Below, in pieces: positions 1 through 11,212 of a stretch of 60,000 nucleotides of DNA. The stretch's first letter is position 1, and each line of letters begins with the position of its first letter. The stretch is from Camelus ferus (taxonomy: Eukaryota): positions 3,226,001-3,286,000 of the forward strand of contig NC_045697.1 of assembly GCF_009834535.1 (NCBI RefSeq). Reading direction: 5' to 3'. Under the pieces are notes generated by a model. That model was not told where the DNA came from, searched no databases, and saw nothing but the letters and a program-made list of their open reading frames with translations. The translations under genes and the position numbers were made by a program.

Positions 1-115
1 CCGGTAACTTTTAAGGATGTAAAGACTAAAACGTTTGACGATTGCTGATCACAGGAGTGAGTCAGGGAGATGAAGCGCCAGCTGACTCATGTTGCATACT
101 GCCCACTGCCTAAAG

Positions 116-280
116 CAAGGGCTGGTCAGCCTTTCCTGTGAAGGGCAAGATGGTGAGCAGTTTCAGCTTTGCCGACCACATGTTCCCCATGGTGACAACC
201 CCTCTGTCGCCATGCCCAGCTCTGCGTGGTCGGGGAAGAGCAGCAGGACGGTCCTGAGACCAGTGGACATGGCCGTCTTG
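116..280 (+). mobile_element. MER58-like hAT-Charlie DNA transposon remnant
   Basis: caagggctggtcagcctttcctgtgaagggcaagatggtgagcagtttcagctttg resembles the recalled MER58 5' end. Confidence 0.6.
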
Positions 281-344
281 GCAGGGGTTTGCTGTGAGCT
301 GTGCCGTGGGATTACGAGGGGAAGGGCGCTGGGCCAGGAGGAGG

Positions 345-445
345 GAGACCGGGTTCTGGCCCCGCTGTCCTAGTTACTAAGCGGGAAGTTTTGGGCAAGG
401 CATCACAGCCTCTCCGTGTCTCAGCTTCCCTGTGTAGAAGATAGA
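345..445 (+). mobile_element. MIR SINE fragment
   Basis: ttgggcaaggcatcacagcctctccgtgtctcagcttccc resembles the MIR core. Confidence 0.55.
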
Positions 446-2096
446 GGCGAGTTCAGAGGGCGTCCAAAACTTCTAGCTCTGATGTCTGTGGCCCCTTGAT
501 TCCTGCTTCTGTTTTAGAGAGACTGGACTGGAGCCGAGGAAAGGAGGACTGAAACAGAGCAGGCAATGGAGTTACGTAATCAGCAAGTGACCATAAACAA
601 ACCAACAACGTTGGCAAGCCCTCCGGGGCTCCCTAAGACAATGAGACCTTTGAATGTGAAGATGAGCATGGACGTTCACACTGTCCTTTGCCCGCTTCAC
701 GTGGACACCGCCGGCTGGTTTGTCCACACACGTGGTGTTACGGGGGATTCGAGCAGTCTTCCTTTGTGTCTCAGGTGGTGGTGCAGAGTGAACGGTTATC
801 AGTGCTCGGCCAGGACATCCTGGGCTGGGTACAGATGACTCTGGCCCATGTTAGGGATCAGGCCGCCGCTCACCCGACTACGGGAAATAGCCTTGGCAGA
901 AGGAAGTAGTCGTGTACAACTTTACCAGAAAATCTCCAGGAGTGCGAGAGGATTTTTGGCATATAAACCACCTATTCTTACTACTGTTCTGTTGTGTGAA
1001 AACCAGGCGGCGTGGTCTGGTGCTGACTCTTCTGCGGGCCCTCAGCACTTTTCCATCACCACATTTTATCTAATCAGCAAAATTACAATGACTCTTTTGA
1101 TCATGTAGTAAATAAAGCACATTTAAAGCAGCTTTTTAAGAAATGTAATGTCCAGTTTGGCAAAATCTACACACCTAGGGTGATGTGAAAGAAAGGAGGT
1201 CGTGGTTATTACCTGTACTACCAGTGGGCATTACTCGTTTCCAAAAAGCCTCTCCTAGGTCCACACTGCAGCTCTGATGGTAATAAACAAACTGACAACC
1301 ACATTTAAGAGAAACCTTGACTGCAAATAGTTCCCCTGGAACACAAAGGAGTGGCATGTTCATCTAAACCAAATGTGAGAAGGCCACATTTTTGAGAAAA
1401 GAATGTAGATTGCAAAACTGAAAACTTATTTATTAAAAATATGCTTGTAGTGAGTTTATGGCTGAAAGAATGTTTGCCAGCCTATTAATATCTTTATAGG
1501 AGATGTTACTTAGCAGCAGAGTTCATTTTTATTTATTAGTTTTCTGCTAAACCTTCTTGTAAAACTTACAGGAGAAGAGATTTAACAAGGAAACAGTGTT
1601 CAAAATATAAACTGTGGTAGCTTGCCAGTGTGGTAAATAATCTAAGATTAAGTTAATCTTTGCCTTTACGTGTTTTTCTGTGGGGAATTTTCTGTGCATT
1701 GGATTACGTCTGAGGGAAGAAAGGGCAGTAATATATTTTGGGAAGAGGACAATAAAAGAAAAAATAGTCATGTCAAGTCTCCCAGAGAAGTGCTATATTT
1801 AAGAGTATTAATAAGGTAAACAGTTGAAATGCATTTTTCTGGAGACCTATTTTTAAGTAACATATATAGGTGACCGGATGCAAGGAAAACTTTCTGAAGT
1901 TTTCTTCTGAAACTCTTTTCAAGACATGCTTGGTTGGAGACCCACAAGACAGCTATAGCAATCCTGATGACAAGAGCTGTAGGTCAGCGTGGACAAGGAG
2001 AGGGCACAGACAGACTGCCAGGGAGCTGTCCGCTTGAGTCACCCTCTCACCTGAAGCCCTGGGAAGTGACTCTAAATGTACTTCCTTAAACCCTAG

Positions 2097-2375
2097 ATGA
2101 ACCTTGCACGTGTTGCACTAAGTGAAGTAAGCCAGGCACGAGAGGACGAATGCTGGGTGGCCCTCTCACACGAGGTGCTGGAGCCGGCAAGTCTACTGAG
2201 GCAGAAAGTGGAATTGAGGGGGTGGGGACAGAACTCCAGTTCGGGAAGATGCCAAGCTCTGAAGACAGGTGGCGGTGATGGCCACACAGTGATGCGAATG
2301 TACGTAATACCCCAGAGCTGCACACTTAAAAATGCTTAACATGGCAAAGCTTCTGCCATGTATGTTTTACTAATA
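2097..2375 (+). mobile_element. L1MB-like LINE 3' end fragment
   Basis: atgaaccttg..ctaagtgaagtaagccag...cacacttaaaaatg..ttaa matches the recalled L1MB 3'UTR. Confidence 0.75.
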
Positions 2376-3027
2376 CATATATTTTTTCTATGTCTTTAGT
2401 TTTTGGCTTAGCAAGTGGCATGTGATCTCTTATCTCACTTCCACTTCTCTATTTGGCTAAAAATCCCATTGTAGAGAGAGCACCGGGCCAGAAAACGAGG
2501 GACCTACTCCTACGTCTTGGCTCCACTCGCTGTTTAGGGCCCAGGAGACTTGGGTTTGGGACCCAGGTCCCTCTCTGTGAGATGAGGGCTGGGCTAGCTG
2601 GTGGCTGAGGCCTCGTCCAGCTAGGACATCCTCCGTGTCTGTGACCTCCCATCCTTGTGTCCTGTGAGTCAGAAGCATCCCGCCGGTGTCTGTTCCAAGT
2701 CAGCTCCTGTCCTGCCCCTCGTAGTCCACACTCCTTCCTGGTGTCCCTGCCCCAGCGTGAACATGAGGCACAGCGCCGGAAACGGAGGCACAAAGCAGGC
2801 AGGGGGCAGAATACTCTCAAACTGGATGTTTCAACCCGAAAATTTTACGTATTTAAAAACAAACCAAATCTTTGTCTTTCTTGTAGTCTTTCTTTTCTAT
2901 ATATTTTCTTTTCCTAAATATATTTTCATGTATTTTAAGTGTCAAATAATCATATGCATTTTTTTTAATCAGAAAAAAGCAAGAAGTTTCTTGTAAGTTA
3001 GAGAGTAACGTTTAGGGCGGCCTAGCG

Positions 3028-3060
3028 GTGCAGAGCCGTCTTCCCCCAGCAGGGGGCAGT
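3028..3060 (+). promoter_or_regulatory. Candidate CTCF site (core CCAGCAGGGGGCAG with upstream GTGCAGAGCC motif)
   Basis: Near-consensus core at 3046-3059 with an upstream TGCAG module at typical spacing. Confidence 0.6.
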
Positions 3061-3876
3061 GTGCACACCCAAACCTCCACCTGCACGGGAGCCGCGGGCA
3101 GTTCCCCCTCACCCTTCGGACTAAGGCTGAACCAGCACTCACGGCGGCGGCGCTCCGCTGCCAGGTCTCTGGTCAGAGAGGTAGCTTTCTCCTTCCCCTG
3201 TACTGCCCTCTTTTCTTTTTTCACTCGCTATCTTTTCTGTTCATCTAGTTACCATAGAAATGTAAGATCCCAAGAAGAAATTGAAAAAAAATTTTTTTTT
3301 TTTACTTGCGGCCGCCTTAGTTTTCCCAGCGAGGAGAAAACGGCACGTAGGTTATGTCTTGCCTAGGCGTCAGGCCTTTCACTTAGAACGGACGCCACGG
3401 GCAAACCGGCCAGACGCTCGTTCATTGCCCCAGCTCCTGCGGGGGGCACCTGGCGCTGATCTCCTAGTGGGGGGCAGGCAGTGGACATGCGGCTCTGTAC
3501 TGTGTGAGGTGGGCGTGGGTCTCAGGATGGAGACCGTGGGGGAGGTAGGCGGTGATGCTGTTTATTTGGGGGGATCAGGAAGGGCTCCTCAAACTCCCTT
3601 GGAGACAGGAAGAAGGAGGGGTCTGTGGAAGAAGAGCTGCAGGGGGGCCGGGGCGGGAGGCAGGCCACGCAGCACTCGGGTTACTCTTGGACGCACTCCA
3701 GAAGCCCCCCGAGGCTTTGAGCTGGGCAGTGACGTGGGGTGGAGGTAGCCTCTGTGAGTGGCCCCCAGACGTTCAGGGCGGGGGGGGGGGGCAGCGGGGG
3801 AGACAGCTGTGCCGAGGGGGCAGGGTGCTGAGCGGACATGGAGGACTCTAGATGCTGTTCTGAAGAGTTTGTAGAA

Positions 3877-3950
3877 GGGGGTCCATGAACTTGTCCTGAA
3901 AAAGGCCAGATGGTAACTGTTTCAGGTTCTGCAGACCATGTGGTCTCTGC
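3877..3950 (+). mobile_element. MER58-like fragment
   Basis: ggggtccatgaacttgtcctgaaaaaggccagatggtaactgtttcagg. Confidence 0.5.
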
Positions 3951-4028
3951 CTTCAAGGATTACCAGGCTCTTGAAAGAGGCATGTAAAAAAGAAGAGAAA
4001 AGAAAAAGCCACATACAGTTTTTAAACC

Positions 4029-4252
4029 AAGAATCAAGGTGGGGGGAGGGTACAGCTCAAGGAGCGGAGCGTGGTCTGAGCCTGCACGAGGCCCTGGGTT
4101 CAATGCCCAGTACTCCCTCCAGAAATAAATCTAATTACCTCTCCCCCCAAAGTAAAATAATTATATAATACAATAATAAGCAAATAAAAGATCAATAAAA
4201 GTATAAACACAAAGTAGTCCTTTCTTCTTAAAAAAAAAAAAAGAATCAAGGT
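4029..4252 (+). mobile_element. Vic-1-like (camelid) tRNA-derived SINE with A-rich tail and 12-bp target-site duplication
   Basis: Head ggggggagggtacagctcaag...gccctgggttcaatgcccagtac (Pol III A/B boxes), poly-A tail, TSD AAGAATCAAGGT at 4029-4040 and 4241-4252. Confidence 0.85.
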
Positions 4253-4597
4253 AAAGAAAGGTGCCCCAGAAAAGCTTTACTGACAGAAGCAGGCAGTGGT
4301 CTGGAAGGCCTGCCTGTGTGGGCTGCTGATAATGAAAGTGGTTATTTGCTGGACACCAGGTATGTGCAGGCTCGTTCTGTGGCCCCAGCAGGGCTGTCAC
4401 CTGTCTTTCCCCGGTCCTCGGGCAGGTGTCACTGGTGCGCAGGCTCGGAGCCTGCCCGGCAGGCTGTAACTGAGCGCCGTGCTCCGCCGGTCCGCCCGCT
4501 GCTCCCGCCCCCGCTCCGGGCGCAGCTGAGTGTCCACCAGCGCTCCTGAGACTTGTTGCCCCATCAGAGGACTGTGACTCGTTTCCTTTTCTTTCAG

Positions 4598-4715
4598 TTT
4601 CATGAACAGGCGCGTCCTGTCTGCTAACCCGTACCTCGGGAGCACCTCCAACGGCTACGCGCACCCGAGTGGCCCGGCGCTGCACTACCACGACGTCCCC
4701 TGCATCAACGGCGCG
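4598..4715 (+). CDS. AFAP1: AFAP1 internal coding exon (..[40 protein letters not shown])
   Basis: tttcctttt ctttcag acceptor and GCG|gtgagt donor; translation matches the recalled AFAP1 segment [38 protein letters not shown]. Confidence 0.95.
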
Positions 4716-7700
4716 GTGAGTGCCCTGCGGCCGCGCAGCCGCCCGGGAGCGTCCGAGGCTGCCACCCCTCCTCTCAGCCCGAGTGAGGGAAGGCTTTAAG
4801 ATGAAAACTCCGTCCCTCGTCTCCTGCCCTCGATTCTGACTCGCTGTTCGTCTCTATCTGTGTTTGAACAAGCAAGTAGACGTTTTGTCATTCGTGTCGG
4901 TCCGTTAATTCAACACCATCAGAAAGGAACCAGTGCCGGGGGTGACAACCCTACTGCCACCTCCAGACACCCTCCCTCCTCCGCATGGTGGACTTAGGGT
5001 AACTGGGACATGGCACCCGCCACCCCATCCGGGGTGGTGCATATGTCATATGTGAATACCGGAGATGGTTAGCGACGGCTTTGGAATTAGACTAGCCTCC
5101 TGGGCCTGTTTGGCCTCAGCAGTTTGGGGATCTGTCTCAGGATTTTGTGTCCGATGTGGGATTCGGTGAACATTTGTTTCGCTGTGTCTCCATCATATTC
5201 ATCTCACACCCGTTGACTGAGCACCCTCTCCTGCGGGCCAAACTCCACACCCCGCTCTGGGCGAAGACGAGGCCTTCAGAGGCAGCAGGCTCGTGAAGGG
5301 GCGCACGAGAAGCCATTCTGCCAGTTTCTCTCCCAGTATCGGGTGGATTTTAAATTGGCCTCTGTGTTTGTTTGCAAGGTAGGCATGGAGCATGTCTACG
5401 GTGATTTTTTCAAACTTGGGAGGTAGAGTATTTTCTTACTGTCTGGCTTATTACTCTTTTGTCCATTATTTCAATGGACATTATCAGTCAGCTCCCTGTT
5501 ACCATCATAACAAGGCCACACCTGCCCAAAGCAGGACCCAGCAGACCACTGCCTTCTCAAGTGGAGTGAGAGGGGGTCAGGACTCCTGGAGCTCAGGGAT
5601 AGAAGCAAACTGATAATCAGGTTATTGTGGTCTGGGTCAGAAACAGCAGCCAGGTAATAGCGAACGATGATGACACATAGTCCGGGTCCGGGACATCCAG
5701 CCCTGGGCCCTCCTCTGGTCACTCACCTCCTGCCGCCAGTGACGAGACCACCTTGCAGGTCCTGCCAGGGGAGCAGTCTGTCCATCGGCTGCTTGATTAA
5801 AAAAGAACTTCCCCTCAGCACACAGCCCACCCCTTTCCCTCCTCACCTTCTTCCTGCCCTCCCTTCTCCCCCCCATTTCCTTCCTTATTTTCTGGGTGTC
5901 TCCTGGGGTCCAGGCACTGTGCTAGGGATTGAGAACAGAATGGATAAGATGGTGCCTGTGTCCTCAGAGGGCCTCCCCATCTAGTGGGAGGAGAAAGGGG
6001 AGGGAGAGGAAGGACCGGCTGGCCAGGTAGGGGTGTGGTCAAGGGCAGATTAAGATGAACTGGGGCCCCGTGGGAGGTCTGGGTGTTGGGGGGGCAGGCA
6101 GGCTTTGAAATCCCATCCGAGCTGCAAGTCCATCAGGTGGGGTCCTTTCTGGGTCTGGAGTGGGTGGGAGACGAATCCCCTCCCACAAGAAGATTCACAC
6201 GAGGCCCAGTTGGACCTTCTTGTCCCCCAGTCCCCCCACCACCTTTGCCATGGGGTCTCCAGTGTTGGGGGCTCCAGCACCCACTCCAGCAACAGCGGAG
6301 AGGCTCGTGGGAGCCACGCCCCCGGGGAGGGCCCACAGTGGCCCTTACAGGAGCAGGTGCCAGCCCGTCCCCCAGCCTTTTCCTGGCCACTGTGCACCTG
6401 GGTGGCCCCAGCTCTTGGCCTCCGCTCACTTTGAGCAGCACCAGTGAGTCTTGGCAGAGCCCGCCCCTCATCGTGGACCCAGCTGCCGAGCTCACCCTCC
6501 CAGGACCAGCTGCTCCTCTGGGCTTTGGGTCTCGGCTCCACCTGTTTGGGAAAGACACCACACACTCCTGTCTCTCCGTCTCCCTGCCCGAAGGCCCGCT
6601 CGTGTGCCTCTCCGCCTAGGGTTTCTCCCCTACCTAGGTGGGCCGAGCAGTTTAGAGAAAGCACGGACCTGCACAGACACTGGTCTGGTTCCACCATCTG
6701 TCATTCCCGTTTATATTATGCGGGTTCAGGCACCCCCAGGAAAGAGCTTCCTTTAGGTCGTTTACGGCTTAAACAGGTTAGAAATACAAAGCTGCCGTTT
6801 TCGAAGGCTCTGCGCCTGGGAGTCGTGTCTGCACGTGCATCGCCGGGCGTGCAAGAGAGGTGGTGAAGATGCGGCTTCCTGTGCACAGCAGCGCGGCTCT
6901 CCCTGCTTAGTAAGGGCTTCCTGCAAGTTCAGGCCTCTCTTCAAACTACCGTTCTCCCTGCTGGGCTCCTTTCCCGGGCCCTGTCTCCTGGGGGAGCCTT
7001 CACATCTCGGTTCTATAATCTCATACTTCTGACCTAACACCTGACGTTTTAGCAGTGTTTCAGCTCCAGGAACTCTCGCCCACTCAGCATTCCCCCGGCA
7101 CCTGAAGCAGGGTAAGAGGGAATCTCCAAAGCCACCTCCGACAGGCACACACGTGCTTCTTCCTGTTTTCTTCCAAGTGACTTAATCCTTCAGTATTTTA
7201 GGAAAATGACTCTTTAGTTGGACTGACCGCCTTAATAACTCTGGGCAAACAGATAATGCTGGGTTGCCATTATGAAACACTCATACCCAGGTTTCCCTGC
7301 CTCCGTGTGCCGTAATTTTTAGGTTGTAGACGGGTCCCCGGCATCACAAAAGTAGACACACTGAAGTGATGGCGAAGGAATTAACACACGCCTGCTGTGA
7401 AAGTTTAAACTTTTTCTATTTTTATAACAAAAGGCTGCAATTACATTCTGGCAGAAAGGAACCCGGCAAGAAGGGCATAAAAATAGAGTAAAATAAGTAT
7501 AGTCTATGAATTAATATTTTCTCTCTTTTTTAAAATGCAAAGCAATTTATAAAGACCTTTAAAACTTAAAAGAATCTGGCGGTGGTTGTTAGTTTGGGTT
7601 TTAGTTTATACTTTAATGTCCATGTTCTAAAGTGGCTTGTAGCTATTTTAATCCTTCATAAAAAGACTTTCCACTCATGCAATGCCATTATAGCCACTAT

Positions 7701-8444
7701 ATTTTGAAACATCCTGTTTTCTAGGATGGTTTGATTTCTTTCTTTTCACAGACTGTTTTTCGGTTACTGCACTTTCTTCCGGCCTCACCGAGTGTGGCAC
7801 ACGAGGGCAGGCAGACAGCCACCCACAGACCTCAGGCCCCGATGTGCGCACTGCAGGCCCAGGTGGTCTGACCCGAGCCCTCATCCTCCCGGCGGCCCAG
7901 AAGCAGCCTGAGCTCAGGGACCTCTTGCTTCGGCTCCCCCAGCTTAATAAGATTCCTGTGAGAAAGAATTATATGAGTCAGTATTACTGTGAAATAAAAT
8001 AAAGCGCTTTGCTGGGATCTCAGCGCGTCTTCTCGGTGGAGCCAGAGCTCCGGGTCTTCTGGGCCCCCAGCCAGCCTTCCTTTCCCAACACCACACTGCT
8101 TCTGCCTCTGGATTAGGAGGACTTCTGAAATCCGGTTCTTTGGAAAAAGAAATGTCCAATCTTTCTTTCTTTTTTTCTTTTTTTTTTGGGTACTTTAAAA
8201 AAAAAAACCAGAACAAAGCAAAAATATCATAAGCTGATGACCCTGGGAACGGAAAAAGAACCCTTTCCTTAAGCCCCGCAGGGAGAGCCTTCTTTTGAAT
8301 CAGCCCACCTGCTCGTGTGTGTGTTTCATTGGTAACGGCTGGGGGGGGAGCGTGGACGTGCTTTCGGGGTGCTTGCTAACAACATCTCGCCCCGCTTTGC
8401 ACTCTGCGGCCGCGGCACTAACGGCGAGGCTGTGTGTGTTGCAG

Positions 8445-8711
8445 TGGGAACCCGACGGCGGCTTTCCTGCGCCCGGTGGCGGAGGCCCGGGAGAAGAGGC
8501 GCCCTGCGATCCCGCGGTCCTGTACGATAACTTGCCGTCCCCGAAAATCTTTGCGCGCTGCCCGCCTGCTGCCAGGAGGGCTTCTAGGCCGCCCGCTGAC
8601 GGCCTGTCTCGTAACCATTACAGACACCCTGCCTCCTGCAGCCTGCCCTCCTCCCCGTCTGTCACTAACACCTCTTCTCTGGGGAGGGCATCTCTCGGGC
8701 TCAGCTCCCAG
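8445..8711 (+). CDS. AFAP1: AFAP1 alternative neural-insert (NINS/AFAP-120-type) cassette exon, 267 nt / 89 aa, phase 0-0
   Basis: Branch point CACTAAC at 8416, gttgcag acceptor, CAG|gtacgg donor; WEPD...LYDNLP..IFAR...SVTNTSSLGRASLGLSSQ resembles the recalled human insert. Confidence 0.9.
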
Positions 8712-10136
8712 GTACGGCACCCCAGTCTGTCTTCTTCTAGAACCCCCTTAAGCCATGATCCTCCGGCAGGGTTTTGCAAGGACAGTGTGTTCACCAGCTT
8801 GTGGTCAGTGAGGCTTCTCAAGGATGGGTGTGATTTCCTCTTCGACTAGAATAGAATTTCAAATGCAATCAATGTTTGGCCACCCAGGAACGGATTAAAT
8901 ATGCCTAGCTAGTTCCCAGTTTGTGTGCTGTATTTCTTTGCCTGGCCCTCTTTCCATTCCTGGAAAATTCCCCAGTGGATTTCATAAATTATGCCAATTA
9001 AAGGCAAAGATTTGAAAGAGGATAGGGACAGGACAAGTTTTCAGAAGATTTTTGAGCTGCAAGTTCCTTTCCTGTGTTTCTGTTTCATGTAAATGGGGAG
9101 TGGTGGACTCCACGTGGTAACTGCTTTTCAGTCTTTACACCTTAAATAGGGTTATTCAGAGAACCATGATGTTTTTCCATAATGAGTAAGTACTCAAGTG
9201 TACTCCCTACAGCCAGCCAGACAGTAAGGATTTGTTGAACGGTAAATGACCTTGATTTTGAACTACTGTCCATCCCACGCCTCCTGCCTGTGGCAACATC
9301 TCCGTATAAGTGTTAATTCTGCGTTTTCATGCATTTCAACCTAGGAATTTTTTTGTGCTTTGCACGAAGATCTAAGCACCATGTGGAGGAGTGCTCTACC
9401 AACATAAAGCAGATGGTCACGTTTTAAATTACTTTCTTTTCCCTCCATTTTTTTTTGGGGGGGGTGGGTAATCTTAAGAAAGTAATGAATGCCAAGTAAG
9501 ATCCTAGAATCTCAGGGTGTGATGGCTCATAGCAGCTCTTCCAAATGAAGTTTTCTTCACGATCACATGGGAAGATTTTTGTTTTTCATTTTTAACAACA
9601 GTTGGAGACTGTGATTCAGTGAGTCTGAGGGGCCCGGGCAGCTGTGTCGTCAGACGTGGGGGCCACGGCCTTCTGGCTTTTTTATGAGTCCTTCTGTAAA
9701 AGGTCTGGTAGGTCACACGGTTCACCTACTAAGTGAATGCGTATCTGGTGGTGTATTTTTGACTTTTTATTGGTATTAGAGTTCCCTTCAGTAAAAATTA
9801 TGGGGCAAAATATGCTATCTTGTACGTTTGGATTGTCCCCAGATTAGTTCAGAATCATTTGATACAAGGTTTATGTGTGTTTGCTTTTCATTCATTTTTG
9901 TTTTGCTTTAAGTAGGACACACATTTGCAAGTTGAATTATAGCACCTTTAGTTTTCCTGTCCTCATTCGGCCATTTGAATTGGGGACCTGCTATTTAATG
10001 GAGAGAGCTCACACGTCCTGCACACCCACAGTACGTGTGCTCTAGGTGTGTGGTGTGTCATTTAACCTGTTTAGGAAGCCTGTGGGAGGCATCAGTATCT
10101 TTGTGCTTTTACACTGATTCACTCATTTAATGACAG

Positions 10137-10276
10137 TTTTTTTTTTAATTTTATTGGAGGTTTTTGGGGAGGGTAATGAGATGTGTTTTTGTATGTCATG
10201 GAGGTACTGGGAATTGAACTCAGGACCTCGTGCATGCTAAGCACGTGCTCGACCACTGAGCTCTACCCTTCCCCCC
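10137..10276 (-). mobile_element. Vic-1-like (camelid) tRNA-derived SINE, antisense
   Basis: Reverse complement reads ggggggaagggtagagctcagtggtcgagcacgtgcttagcatgcacgaggtcctgagttcaattcccagtacctcc followed by an A-rich tail. Confidence 0.85.
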
Positions 10277-11097
10277 ATTATTCTTATATTTTTAAACGAG
10301 CCCACAGAGGCTCAGGAAGTTTTAGTGATTTGCTCAGCGTCTCCCAAGTGATGGAGCCAGAATTTGAAGCTCCGGAAACCCAGGCCCACGGCAGGAAGCA
10401 GCGGGGACAGCGGGGCGGCCCGGCTGGGACGTCCACAGGCAGCTCCCGCCATCCAGCTGAGGCGCACACACACTTAAGCAAAATGCAGCACCCGTTGGCT
10501 TGCAGCAAAGAAGCGGGGGCTTTGCTGAATCTTTTAACCCTGCGGTTCGTTAACACCTGGGCCACGCTGTCGCTGTGTTTTGCTGCCTATGCATCCTCCC
10601 TCAGCCCCTGTCAGTGACTCGGAAGGCAGCTATTTACCCAGTTAGGACGCAACATAACCCCTGGCAGTTGGACTCCTAAGTGCTCAGTCCTGCTGCTCCG
10701 CTAAAGAGCTTTCCACCAAAATAAAAGCTGTGTGTCTCTGGAAACAGACTTTCAGTCATCTCAGCCGAATGCCCTCGCTGCCCGCTGCCCGTGCCAGTTT
10801 CTTGATCGGCATAATTGATCTCCCGGTAGGAAAAGGTAACTTTTGGTGCGTCCCAACCGAAGACATCCAGGTGTCCCGCACTCGCTCTGAGCCTCGGTGC
10901 TAGAACTTCTACTCCTTAGCTGCTCTGGGGAGGTGTCAGCAGTCCAGTGCTGGGAAACCACACTGGTTTTCTGCTGTCCACATTTTTTTCTGTCTGTGAT
11001 AGTTTCTACTTCAAGAGTCAGAGACTGAAACCATTTACTACAAAAAAGCCCAAGGTTTTTGTCTGTTTTCAATTTTCGCATATGTTTATTTCGACAG

Positions 11098-11212
11098 CTG
11101 AAGGGTAAAAAGCCTCCCGTGGCATCCAACGGGGTTCCAGGAAAAGGCAAGACACTGAGCAGTCAGCAGAAAAAAGCCGATTCGGCCGCTGGCGTGAAGC
11201 GGACACCTTCAA
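11098..11212 (+). CDS. AFAP1: AFAP1 coding exon (LKGKKPPVASNGVPGKGKTLSSQQKKADSAAGVKRTPS)
   Basis: tttcgacag acceptor, A|gtaagt donor, phase 0 in and phase 1 out; matches AFAP1 LKGKKPPVASNG. Confidence 0.95.

Noticed and set aside
4041..4120. tRNA-like A/B box sequence
   Set aside because: It is the head of a SINE with a poly-A tail and TSD, not a tRNA gene
4350..4365. Consensus donor CAG|GTATGT upstream of an AFAP1 exon
   Set aside because: No convincing partner acceptor or AFAP1-like coding frame; isolated cryptic donors are common
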